A stretch of DNA of 64,000 nt from Neodothiora populina. Taxonomy: Eukaryota. Shown here one piece after another: positions 38,632 to 49,372 of this stretch; the stretch's first letter is position 1, and every line of letters begins with the position of its first letter. Both the position numbers and the translations under genes were made by a program. The notes beneath the pieces were generated by a model. It saw nothing but the letters and a program-made list of their open reading frames with translations. It did not search any database and was not told where the DNA came from. The stretch lies in contig NW_027191415.1 in the NCBI RefSeq assembly GCF_041146345.1, positions 930,001-994,000 of the forward strand, in the 5' to 3' direction.

Positions 38632-40731
38632 TCAATAATAATCCTCATCCCTCATCCCCATGCCTCTCTCCAGTCCCTCCGCCCGACAAAGCGCCCTATT
38701 CGCCACAGGCACCTCAAACCCCTTCACCCCCTCACTCAGCGTCAAGAACTGCATCAACAGCCCGGCCTCAGTATGCCAAGAGATATGACAATGCAGCGGC
38801 CACACGCCCGGGTTATCCGCCACGAAGCGCAGCAATATCCACCCGAACGCCTCGACGCTGGCCGTGTCTCGTCGCAGGGGGTTCGAGAGGTCGAGAGAGG
38901 CGTAGAGAGGGGCGAGGTTCGAGGGGGTCAAGGGGTCGAAGACGGAGAGGCGCGGGGGGTAGCCGTGGCCTTGGGCCAGAACGAAGTATTTGTAGCCGTG
39001 CAGGTGCATCGGGTGATTGCCGTCGTCGAAGTTCGAGATGAGGATGTCGAGGGTTTGGCGGCGTGTGGTTTGGATCACGAGGTCGGTGGGGAAGGCGAGG
39101 GAGTTGGCCCATGCTACTGGGGTTTCCGCGTTATTGCCTGTGCTGGTGGGCGAGAAGGAGGCGTTCGCGGCTTGCAGACCGTCGTGGGCCCGCGCTAGAG
39201 TCGGACTGTGCACGTCTGGGCGCCAGCTGCTGCTGTTGAAGAACCCTCTGCTGAGCTGGTGCGCGCCAATCTCGAAGTTTGCACGCAGGTAAAAGAACGC
39301 GTCTGCTTGCGCTGGTGCGGGGATTGCTTCGACGGGGACGAGCTCGGTGGTGTTCAAGTCGCGGCACTCCAAGGCTTGCACATCGTTCCAGTCTTTCGAG
39401 TCGGGCAGGGTCGGGTCTTGGGCTGCAGTCGAAGGCGTGCTGTACAGGACGATGCCGTGTACTTCGCCAGCCATGAATGGGTTCGGCTCTGCGAAACAAG
39501 TCGTGATCATGCGCGCTCGCATGCGGAAACGATTCCTCCGCGTACTGTTTGCGTGGACAATCACGCTGTATCGCTGAGCTGGGTTGATGTTGAGTCGGTG
39601 ATAGTACACAGGAACGACGTCTGTGCCGTCTGCCTCGGTGACGGCGAGTTCGTGCTCGTCGATCTGAAATTGAAATTCCGCAAAGGCGCCGACGTTGATG
39701 ATCCGGAGTCGATGGTGTTTTCCAGCATCTAGCGCGAAGAAGGGTGGTTGAACGTTTGCAGTGCTGTTGTCGCATTTTCTGTGAGGTAGTTCGTCACAGT
39801 TGCGGACGGCATGTCCATTGATCAGCGCCCCATCTGGGACTGGCTCTGTATTCTCCATGTCAGGAGCCATGTACGCTCTAGCAAGAACACTGGACAGATC
39901 GTGGTAGTGGTCCGAAAGCATGACTACTCGATCAGTAGCATATTGAATCTGCTGCAATTCCTTTTCTTTCCACGAGTGAATGATCAACGGCCCATGAAGT
40001 CCGTCGGAAGATTGCACTCCCTGGTGTGCATGGTACCAATAAGTGCCACTCTGATTATCGACGGTGAACTCATAAGTGAAGTTATGGCCAGGAGCTATAG
40101 GGCACTGTGAGATGCCTACTGTGCCGTCCATCCAGTTTGTACCATTCTGATAGATGCCGTGCCAGTGAATAGCGGTACTGTTGCTCATTTGGTTTATTAC
40201 GTGGACTCGAATCGTGTCCCCTTCATTAGCCCTTATGAGAGGGCCAGGGAATTCGTCGTTGATAACCAGCATCAAGCGAAAAACACCATCTGGATTATAC
40301 ACCTTTTCTGTCAAGGTCCACGTGAACTCCCGAATTGTTGGAGGAGCATCGATATCCCAACTTGGGTCAAGCACATATCTCACTGGATCATCTTTTTGAG
40401 CCAGTAGCAAATCGCCAGACTTGAATTGTGAATCGATCCCTGACGTTACATGACCATTGGTTTGGGACTCGACACCGCTGGATGGAAAACCCCTGTTCAC
40501 CAACCTCACAGCTGCTGGAACGGAAAATGTGCATACTAGAAGGAGAACGATCAAGTGCCACCATCTGAGTACGCAGCAGGTACTCTCATCGTAGCTGTCC
40601 TTTCTGTAAATCCCAGTAGAAGGATCGGAGCTCTTTTGGAGAAGAGCTTCGCCCTGTTCTTCTTTGCTGTCTGAATTGCTTGCGCGGACAGGGTCACTGT
40701 CTACACGACGGGCCCAATCATTTCTTGCCAT
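38632..40731 (-). CDS. Multicopper oxidase (laccase/ferroxidase-like) with N-terminal type II membrane anchor
   Basis: Intronless 699 aa. All four Cu-binding signatures present: HWHG, WYHAH, HPMHLHG, HCHISWHTEAGL (non-coordinating Leu at the T1 axial position). Hydrophobic segment at about residues 57-78. Confidence 0.92.
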   Translation of the reverse strand: MARNDWARRVDSDPVRASNSDSKEEQGEALLQKSSDPSTGIYRKDSYDESTCCVLRWWHLIVLLLVCTFSVPAAVRLVNRGFPSSGVESQTNGHVTSGIDSQFKSGDLLLAQKDDPVRYVLDPSWDIDAPPTIREFTWTLTEKVYNPDGVFRLMLVINDEFPGPLIRANEGDTIRVHVINQMSNSTAIHWHGIYQNGTNWMDGTVGISQCPIAPGHNFTYEFTVDNQSGTYWYHAHQGVQSSDGLHGPLIIHSWKEKELQQIQYATDRVVMLSDHYHDLSSVLARAYMAPDMENTEPVPDGALINGHAVRNCDELPHRKCDNSTANVQPPFFALDAGKHHRLRIINVGAFAEFQFQIDEHELAVTEADGTDVVPVYYHRLNINPAQRYSVIVHANSTRRNRFRMRARMITTCFAEPNPFMAGEVHGIVLYSTPSTAAQDPTLPDSKDWNDVQALECRDLNTTELVPVEAIPAPAQADAFFYLRANFEIGAHQLSRGFFNSSSWRPDVHSPTLARAHDGLQAANASFSPTSTGNNAETPVAWANSLAFPTDLVIQTTRRQTLDILISNFDDGNHPMHLHGYKYFVLAQGHGYPPRLSVFDPLTPSNLAPLYASLDLSNPLRRDTASVEAFGWILLRFVADNPGVWPLHCHISWHTEAGLLMQFLTLSEGVKGFEVPVANRALCRAEGLERGMGMRDEDYY

Positions 40732-41609
40732 GGAAAGGTATTATCCTGAGATAACTTGGTCCTATTTACGCAACGGCGTACAAGACTGCTCTTGAGCCAA
40801 GATACTCGGATCGACAATGGTAGATCTTGGCCAGACCTTGCTGCGCAAACACAAGAGGCTACCTAATGCAAGGACTTGGCGCTAAGTGAGATTGCAAAAG
40901 CCTTTGAGGTGGCAAGAGTCTGCATCCCGTCTGGGTGCAGGTTGTGTGGACCAACCATATGATCCAACGACTTGGTGGAAGAACAGAACGTGGTGTAAGT
41001 GCATGCCGATCACCCGACTGTGACCTGCATGTTATTGCGGCAAGCCGAGGGTCAATAGACCCTGTGGGGTTAGGCCAGCCAATCAATGCCAACCCCTTTA
41101 GCATGTGCTTGTATTACGACCATTGCTTAATCCAACGACAACAATATTGGACATCGTAGCCAAACCTATTCACTACAGTGATGTGGATACCAACCGCATC
41201 ATTGAGCAGATCCTGAGCGGAAGGTCCAGTCTCCAGAAGTCTATGGCCCACGGCCATGTTGACAACGTGCCTACCTCGACCAATGAGCCGTCCCCAATTT
41301 CATACCTCCTCAACGCCAGGTATCCCTACTGCGGCATGTCTGCAAGAGAGGAGCAGCCGACCAACCGAGTTTGGAAGGTCGTCGTCGCAGTCGTAGCATG
41401 TGTATGTGCCAACTGCTTCCTGTGTGCCGTGTCCAAGAATTTCGAATATATATATATATGTATATGGCAAGATGGCTGCTCCAGGCTATTCACAGCCAGG
41501 CCACGACTTATCTGGTCACTCTCTCTTTCTGCTCGTGCGAACGTGAGCTTTCACTCATTTACTTTGAGGCTTCTTTGAGACCCGATATCTGACATTCTTG
41601 CTGTTTAAG

Positions 41610-43060
41610 ATGCTCACGGCAATTGCCCTTTCCACTGCGGCCTTTGCAAGCTCGACAGTGGCCACCTTCGTCCCTCAATGGCAAGCTCCGTCGAACCAGA
41701 AGCCCAACCTCTATACGGCAACTGATGCGGCTGCGGTACATGCTGCACAAGCAACTGCAAAGGCCGAGAGTCCTACTTCGAGAGTACCCGGCAAGGCCTT
41801 TGACAGGTTCGCAGTCATATGGATGGTAAGGAAGACTCTCTGCTGTGCGCTCGCCACTTCCGATTGCCCATGTGATCAACTCTTCCATTGTTATGCGTGA
41901 TAGCCTGATTAGGATATGTTGGAACGGGACGCGGGCCATTTCTGCTTCTTCTGGGCCCAAAGTTGCCCAAAGCCATGTTGTAGACGCATAATTGGTGGAG
42001 CGACCATGACTAATAGCATATACAGGAAAACACCGATTTTGACAAGGCCGCAGGAGACCCAAACCTCGCTTGGCTCGCCACTAAAGGCCAAGTCTTGAGC
42101 AACTACTTTGCAGTCACTCATCCTTCGGAACCAAACTATGCCGCCGCTATCGCCGGTGACAACTTTGGCATAGACAACGATGCCTTCAACCAGATCTCAG
42201 GCAACGTGAGCACCATAGTCGATCTGCTAGAAGACAGAGGCATATCCTGGGCCATGTATCAGGAAGACATGCCGTACGCAGGGTTCGAAGGGATGCAGTG
42301 GAAGAATCAACAGACCGGCGCCAACGATTACGTGAGGAAACACAACCCCGCGATCCTCTACAACGCAAATACCACACCAGATCGCTTGGCCAATAACAAA
42401 AACTTCACCTCATTCTACAGCGACCTCGAAAACGACTCCCTGCCGCAATGGATGTTCATAACCCCGAACATGACCTCCGACGGCCACGACACCTCCGTCA
42501 CGGTCGCCGGGTCCTTCATGCGCAGTTTCGTCGAGCCGCTCCTGAACGACACGCGGTTCATGAAGAATACGCTGGTCCTGATCACGTTCGATGAGAACCA
42601 CACTTACACGCTGAGCAACCGCGTCTTCTCGATCCTGCTCGGCGACGCGCTGCCGCAGGACAAAATCGGGTCCACAGACGACATGTACTACAACCACTAC
42701 AGCGAGCTATCGACGGTGGAATCGAACTGGAACCTAGCGACGCTGGGACGCTGGGACGTCGGCGCCAATGTGTTCCAGACCGTGGCCGACAAGACAGGCG
42801 CGAAGAGCACGCCCTGGGAAGCGGCGACTGGAGCCAGCCCGACGAGATTCTTCAACGAGTCGTTCGCTGGTCCTTTCAATTCTGTCAATTCTTCTGTGCC
42901 GTATCCGGTGCCTAATAGTCTGCTCGTCCGCGATGGGCGGTTCGTGTCGCCTAAGGTCTCGCTTACTTGGGGGCTGGAGGAGTTTGATCAGAAGTCGTAT
43001 TATGCTGATACAGTGGAGATTCCAGATGGTATGTACCCGCCGGCAGGGTGGGCGAGCTGA
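41610..43060 (+). CDS. Secreted acid phosphatase, phosphoesterase (PHOa/AcpA-like) family
   Basis: Exons 41610-41825 and 42026-43060 (200-nt intron). Signal peptide; IWMENTDF, THPSEPNY (Ser nucleophile), YVRKHNP, SDGHD, ITFDE, YNHYS motifs. Confidence 0.9.
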
Positions 43061-43539
43061 TAGGTGGTGATTTGTTGGGTGTTCTGCAATATAGAAAAGC
43101 TAGCGGAAGTGACGACAAGTCAAAAATGTCGTTTATGGACGGATTAGATGCATACAAATGTGATTTGGTGACGCCTTGCGAAGAAAGAGATATAGTGAGA
43201 AGAGATGCCGAACATGATACTCGCGCATTCCCTAAGGAATTGCCACAGGCTTAAAACTCACTTTGCCACCCTATGTGACCTACGGTATTGAAGACAAGTC
43301 AATCGAATATCCCAATCGAATGCCACAGAGGAGCACCAGCCTGAAATCACCGACACAACGATCCACGCGGGGACGGGGAACACCCCATCAGAGTTTACGA
43401 GAAGAGTGCACGGCGGTACAGATGATACATAAAAACCATTTCCCCATTGTCATTAGATCACGCTCTCGCCCTCTCGACTTTGGCACCCGCCACCTACAGA
43501 ACTGTACATCCTCGACAAGCCCCTTCCTCAGCTGTAATC

Positions 43540-44487
43540 ATGCTATATGAACCACTCTCATCTCTATTCGCATCACTCCGTCCCAAACAACCCTATACGC
43601 CTCTCCCAACGACCTCGAACGAGCACTCACGAGACCCGTCCCTCGAGTCCGCGCACTCACCTACACTGTCACCATGTAAAGAAGACCCCAACAAGAGAGA
43701 AGGAAGCAAGACGAAACGAGTCCTCAGGATCGATCCGCGAATGATGTCCGACGCAACGATCGGCCTCTCAGACGGACTCACGGTGCCATTTGCGCTGACG
43801 GCGGGACTTTCTGCTCTCGGAGACACGCGGCTTGTCGTTTATGCCGGACTCGCCGAGTTGATCGCTGGGGGGATCAGTATGGGGCTGGGAGGATATCTGG
43901 GGGCTGCGGGTGAAGCGTAGGTTTTTCTTTTTCGGTCTTGCCTTTCTTTCGTCCTTTTCTTACCTGACGAGGACACACACATACACAGACAAGGGCACGA
44001 GGCTACGCGATCAGAACTCCAGGAAATGGTAGCGAATAGCCCTCGGAGAACCCGCGAGGAAATCCTCTCTGCGCTGCAGGAGTTTCAGCTCTCAGCGACC
44101 CTGAGAGAAGCTGTGGCTAGTGAGCTATTGGCTTCGGAAGAAGCGAGCGAAGACTTCCTTGCTCGAGTCCGGCATCACTTGCCCGCATCTTCGTCGGCGG
44201 ATGAGTCTGGTCGAGCCTACGTTTCTGCCGTGACGATCGCGTCGGGTTATGTTCTCGGAGGCCTGGTTCCCCTTCTGCCGTATTCCTTGTGCGGAAACAA
44301 TCGCGTGGCGTTTTGCTGGAGTGTGGCTGTCATGGCTGTGACGCTTTTTGTCTTTGGGTATCTGAAATGTCTACTGGTCGGTGAGAGGGGCAAGTTGACT
44401 TGCCTCAAGGCTGGCGTGCAGATGATGGCGTGTGGAGGCATGGCTGCTGCGGCGGCCATGGGTTGCGTTACGGCTTTCGCTACGTGA
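43540..44487 (+). CDS. VIT1/CCC1 family Fe2+/Mn2+ transporter (divergent paralog)
   Basis: Exons 43540-43916 and 43989-44487. SDATIGLSDGLTVPFALTAGLS, AELIAGGISMGLGGYL, YVLGGLVPLLPY, TLFVFGYLK. Confidence 0.9.
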
Positions 44488-45147
44488 GGGATGGCTGGAG
44501 TCAGAAGTGATCGAAAGGTACTATCGAAGTCCTGCAGCCCATCACACAGGTTATGCACTACACAAGGCCTTTGGTGAGGGAGGAGCCAGATGAGTGCAGC
44601 AGTTTACAGGTGATCAAGAATTGAGTACCTAAAAAGACGGCAGAACAGCGGTCGGAACTTGTGTAGAAGACTCTTGATCGCAAAGGTCGACACATGGCGG
44701 ACCCATTACCTCAAGGCCTGAGGTGCAACTAGCCACCGCCTCATGCGCCAGAATAGCAGTGGCCCTGAGCCGAGGACGAAAAGCATGGCTTATCCCAGGG
44801 CTAGTGGAAAAACGAGTCGAAAGAAGTGAAAAGGAACAGATGTCAGGATATGATTTCTCAACTGCATCACACATCATGTTTCGTAGGCAGCCAAAGGGTA
44901 TACTTGTGTTCCTCCATCCAAGCAATTCAAGCAAAAATATAACGATGCGCTCTCCTCAATGCGGCGCATGGCCAGCAGACCGAGCGGTCCAAAGTTTCAT
45001 GGCAGTTCTAGTCGGGACAATTTCGCGAGACCTCAAGGTATGCACCGACGCATGCTGCACGAACGCCAAGACACTCGCTATAAATCTACAGATAAATCAT
45101 GACAGGTCCGCGACGTGGATCATTCTTCGTTCAGTAGCTTTTTTCGT

Positions 45148-46576
45148 CTATGCAGCAGGCTTCTCGGCGCCGTCTGCGCCGTTTGTCGCAGCGGCAGGCA
45201 TCTCCACCTTGCCACCAGGAGAGCTGGGCAGCCTTGCAGTGAGAACCTCGACGCCGTCCTCGGTGACGAGCATGGTATGTTCTGGCAACCGAAGTGTCAG
45301 CATAGATGACACCAGACAAAAGACCAAGATGATTCCTTACCGAATTGTGCGCTGAGGCCACCGTCTTGAGTGACCGAGGTCCAGTTGTCAGGCCAGGTCT
45401 TGTCCTTTGCAGAGCCAGTGCAGATCATAGGCTCGATTGTGAAGGTCATGCCAGGCTTGGCAATTCCGATGGCCTTGTTCTTTGCGTAATGCGGGACGTT
45501 GGGAGCGCAGTGGAATTGAGTGTTGACACCATGACCGCAGTATGTCTTGACAGTGTTACAGTTCCTGCTCTTGGCGAGCTTCTCGATGACGGCGCCGTAC
45601 TCCTTGAAGGCGGTGCCGGGCTTTGCAATGGCAATGGCGGCGTCGAGACAGTCGCGCGCAGCTTCGACGACACGGACGGCATCGGGGTTGGCGAGAGCCT
45701 TGTCACCGACGTAGTACGTCTCGTTGATGTCGCCGTGGAAACCTCCGTGGTAGAGAGTGACATCAATGTTGACAATGTCGCCGTCCTTGAGGGCACGATG
45801 ATCCGGAATGCCGTGGCAGATGGACTCGTTGACGCTTGTGCAGACAGACTTGGGGAAGTTGTAGTAGTTGAGCGGCGAGGGGTATGACTAGCACAAAGAG
45901 ATCAGCTCTGTCTCTGCCTGAACAAGGCTCATTTCCCCGATGACAACAGGGACCGGGAATGCTCACATCTCTTTCTATGCAGGCCTTGTGCACAATGGCG
46001 TCAATCTCATCCGTGGTGACTCCGGGCTTCAGGGCAGCTGCGGCCTCGTCGAGCACCTCACGAGCGAGGCGGCACACTTTGCGCATACCCTCCTGCTGCT
46101 TCTTGTCGAGGATCGTGATCTTGTTGCGACCCACGAAGTTCTGTTCGGACCTGGGAATGCCGTCCTTGGCGTACTCGGGGCGAGTGATGTGGGCGGGCAG
46201 TTCTCGGGTCGGCGAAAGCGGGTATGCAGGTCTCAGAGATCCAGTGTACGGGAAGCTAGGGAAGGGGTTGTAGTGACCTGTGTTTGGGTCTGGTTCAGAA
46301 ATGACAGTTGGAGTAAAGAAGTTGCCGAGAGGATTACTTGAGGATTTGTGGATTTTCTTGTGTTCGCTCTGTGGCACGCGGGTGGCGTAGCTTGTCAATG
46401 GATGCGCATGTGGTTTTATTTATGTTTGTCAGAACAAGACCGAGATCACTTACCCAGTTGCGCTTGAAACAGTCCTGGCTGCAGAAGAAACTGTCCTTCC
46501 CTTGCTTTTGACACGTGGGGCACTGCAAGGTACCGGCATCGTTGCTACAGTCGGCTCCTTCACATGCTCGCGCCAT
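45148..46576 (-). CDS. MAP1: Methionine aminopeptidase 1
   Basis: Exons 46576-46454, 46368-45967, 45887-45341, 45281-45148. N-terminal zinc finger (LQCPTC...[11 protein letters not shown]), [48 protein letters not shown]. Confidence 0.95.
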
Positions 46577-47305
46577 CTTTCGGGTGGAATATGATATGCG
46601 GGACCGAACGAGTGTTTTCTATATTGTCCGAAGATTCGAGACTGGAGGCACGAAGGAAATTCTTGTTAGCCCGATCCACTGTGCCCAGATGTGGAAACGA
46701 TGATCAGCTTACGTTTGCCGGAGAGAGTCAAGAGGTCTGGTGAAGAAAGCGTGTGGCCGAATGACAGCGGGAAGAGATTGACTATACAGTAAAGAGCAAA
46801 GGCACTTATATCCGCACTTTCTTTCTTGCACCGCGGCAAAGAGCATCAACTGCGGACAATGGGCCGGATTGCATCTTGTGGATCTTTGAGGATTACCTTA
46901 CCTTACCAAAGTGAGGTAAGCAGCCCTCGAGTCATCCCACTTGGTCTCGGATGCTGCCGGACGAATCAGATACTCGGGTCAATTGCACAAAGGGCGTGAC
47001 TTTGTATCAAGGGCGTCAGTAGGGCGTGATCGGTTATCGACAATGCCGCCGACACGTGCGCGGACCCGTGGACCCTTCCACTCCATCACACGACAATGAA
47101 GATTCGATAAACCCCGGTACATCCGGTAGGTACAACTGTATATGCAGGTCGAAGAACAATTTATGCGTCATTGACTCGACTCAAAAAATCAAGGTAGGTC
47201 AGATGGTAACACCTTATATCGAGGTCAAGGCCAACCTATAACATCTATACATGTGACTCTCCCATTCTTGCATCTCACTCGTCAGTTCCCAGATTCCAGA
47301 CTGTC

Positions 47306-49089
47306 ATGGAAAAACAGAAGTTCGTGGTGATAGGCGCCGGTCCAGTGGGTGCGCTTGCGGCTCTTTATGCTGCGGGACGAGGTTTCGATGTAGAGGTCTA
47401 TGAACTTCGAGGCGGTATGTACTCTGGTATCTTGCAAGCCATATCAGCTCGTGGCTCTTCATGTTGCAGAAGCTGTTCAGTCCAGTTCTTGTTCCAACAC
47501 CGGTCGGATGTCGGACATCATCCATGAGCTCTGTGACTCAAGGTTCGATGCCCAATGTACCGGTTTGCTATCAGAGCTCGTGGGAGGCTGGAGTCACCTA
47601 AAACACGACTATTCACAGATGTATACCAGATTCAGAACGAGACTGATGCCCCACAACAGACCTCCGGGACCCCCAGGTGGTTCCATTGAACTTTACCAGA
47701 TCCATCAACCTTGCCATGTCAGAGCGAGGTATCAATGCGCTCAAGCATGCCAATATCCCTGGCCTGGTTGACTCCATCATGACCGAGACCATTCCTATGC
47801 ATGGCCGCATGATCCACGGAGTCGACAACGGCAGCTTCACAGAAGAGTCACAAAACTACGACATCCATGGCAGATTCATCAGTGCTGTTGATCGTGCTGG
47901 CCTGAACAAGCGTCTGCTGGATGAACTCGATAAACTACCCAACGTCAAGATGTTCTTCAACTACAAGCTCACCGGTGCTGACTTTAGAGCAAAACGTGCT
48001 TGGTTTGAAGAAAGAAGTAAACCGCTCACTGACCATGCTCAAAATCCTAGCGAAATACAAGATGCGCCGCCGCGAGCAACAGAAATCGAGGTTGCTTTTG
48101 ACTTCATGCTCGGATGTGATGGCGCTCACTCGGCGGTACGCTATCATCTGATGAAGTACACCCGGATGGACTACACACAGTCATACATTGACACTCTGTG
48201 GTGCGAATTCCACATCGACCCGACTCCCTCAACCGCCGGCACATCAGAAGGAGACTTCAAGATCAGCCCCAACCACCTCCACATCTGGCCCGGCAGAGAA
48301 TTCATGTTCATCGCGATCCCCTCATCTGACAAGTCCTTCACATCCACTCTATTTCTCCCGGCGCATCACTTCGCCCACCTGGACGCCAACCCCTCCGAAC
48401 TCGTGCCCTTCTTCAACAGATATTTCCCAGGCGTCGCAGGACGCTTGATCTCCGAGTCCGATCTCCAGAAACAATACACAGAGAACCCGCACCTACCACT
48501 AATAACCATCAAGTGCTCGCCACACCACTACGCCTCCTCAGCCGTGATCCTCGGTGACGCCGCACACGCCATGGTCCCCTTCTACGGCCAAGGCATGAAC
48601 GCCGGCCTCGAAGACGTACGCGTGCTCTTCTCCTTCCTCGACGCCGCGGCCCCCACACCGGAGGGCAGAACCTCCGCGCTCGCCGCGTACTCGACGCAGC
48701 GCACCCCAGACGCCTCGGCAATCTGCGACCTCGCGCTGCGAAACTACCAAGAAATGCGCGCCGACGTGGCATCTCCAATCTACAAGTTCCGCAAGTGGGT
48801 CGAGGAGAAGCTGTCGGTCGCCGTGCCGCGGCTCGGCTGGGCGACGCAGTACTCGCGGATCAGTTTTGGTAATCAGCGGTACTCCGAGGTCGAGCGGTTG
48901 GCGCAGCGTCAGGGCGGCGTGTTGCTGTGGAGTATGACGGGCTTCGTGGGCTTGCTTGCTACTGGGGCGGTCTATGGCGCTTGGGCGTGGTGGAGGTGGA
49001 ATAGAGCTGCTGCTACTAGTCGCGGGTTGCTGAAGGGTGGGATTGGGTTGACGGCTATTGGCGAGCGTATTGGTAGGGTGTTTCTATAG
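47306..49089 (+). CDS. BNA4: Kynurenine 3-monooxygenase
   Basis: Exons 47306-47414 and 47660-49089. GAGPVG FAD motif, [38 protein letters not shown]-terminal TM anchor. Confidence 0.95.
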
Positions 49090-49372
49090 CATGCCCGACG
49101 ACAGGGGAAAAGGAGACATTGTATTTGTACGTGATATTGGACAATCGTGCTGTAGAACTAGCTTAAGTGACATTTGAAAATCTACGCTTCACACGCTTTT
49201 GACAGGAAAAAAGAAAAGCAAGAGAAAGTCATGGGCAGATATTGTGCTACACCCAATCTTGTCAGCCGCACGCATGGCCCGTCTCGCGACAACTCATACA
49301 ATCCCCCTTTCTTCACTCCCCAAACCTCTCTTCTCCCACTCAGGGACTCCGTCGCCAAAGCTCGCCTTCCCG

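Noticed and set aside
44723..45887. Plus-strand ORFs of 210 and 180 aa
   Set aside because: Antisense to MAP1 exons and its 3' region; non-ATG starts and no motifs.
47415..47659. Long BNA4 intron with a GATGTC-G-GACATC inverted repeat, considered as a riboswitch or regulatory RNA
   Set aside because: No TPP riboswitch consensus; short palindromes of this size arise by chance.
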